This document shows, piece by piece, positions 63,664 through 64,000 of a stretch of DNA of 64,000 nt. A model generated the notes under the pieces. That model did not search any database. It worked only from the letters and a program-made list of their open reading frames with translations, and was not told where the DNA came from. The first letter of the stretch is position 1. The number at the start of each line of letters is the position of its first letter. The stretch is taken from assembly GCA_028534125.1 (NCBI GenBank), contig CM052816.1, forward strand, positions 88,910,001-88,974,000, in the 5' to 3' direction. This DNA is from Lama glama. Taxonomy: Eukaryota. A program made the translations under genes and the position numbers.

Positions 63664-64000
63664 TTTTTTTTTACATTTTTTATTGATTTATAATCATTCC
63701 ACAATGTTGTGTCAGATTCCAGTGCTCAGCACAATTCTTCAGCCATTCATGGACACATACACACTCATTGTCACATTCCCTTCTCTGTGAGTTATCATAA
63801 CATTTTGCGTACACTTCCCTGTGCTATACAGCGTAATCTTGCCCATCCACTCCACAATTTCGAAATCCCAGTCCATCCCTTCCCACCCTCCACCCCCCGG
63901 CAACCACAAGTCTGTATTCTCTGTCTGTGAGTCTATCCCTGTCCTGTATCCATGCTTTGTTTTTGTTTGTTTGTTTGCTTTTGTTTTTGTTTTTTAGATT
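63664..64000 (-). mobile_element. L1 3' end (continues past the window edge)
   Basis: polyT, ttttattgatttataatcat..acaatgttgtg, ttccctgtgctatacag, caaccacaagtctgtattctctgtctgtgagtct, ttttagatt. Confidence 0.9.

Noticed and set aside
1..64000. CRISPR array, operon or other prokaryotic defence system
   Set aside because: This is mammalian repeat-rich DNA with no regularly spaced repeat-spacer array and no dense ORFs.

Overview
AT-rich mammalian genomic DNA, probably camelid (inferred from the L1 3'-ends and a tRNA-derived SINE tail resembling camelid Vic-type SINEs), with a 500-N assembly gap at 30885-31384. I find no intact protein-coding gene and no prokaryotic-type system. Much of the window is interspersed repeats: L1 (one 5'-inverted copy and one 3.6-kb copy), L2, MIR, CR1/L3, ERV1 and MaLR solo LTRs, Tigger1 and MER-family DNA transposons. 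The main hidden signal is a chain of about 24 decayed minus-strand exons from ~57.9 kb down to ~8.8 kb, invisible to the ORF track. Most have AG/GT boundaries and many have compatible phases. Together they give ~5.4 kb of relic coding sequence (~1,800 codons) with a SPRY/B30.2-like segment, then ankyrin-like repeats, then a long K/N/S/E-rich C-terminal region. I read this as an intron-containing, possibly unitary, pseudogene that I cannot name. Exon boundaries and frames were reconstructed by eye and some are uncertain. Secondary oddities are an L1 3' end with dense sense-strand A-to-G changes (possible fossil ADAR hyper-editing), a tailless tRNA-Cys half with a 23-bp target-site duplication, and a duplicated palindrome.
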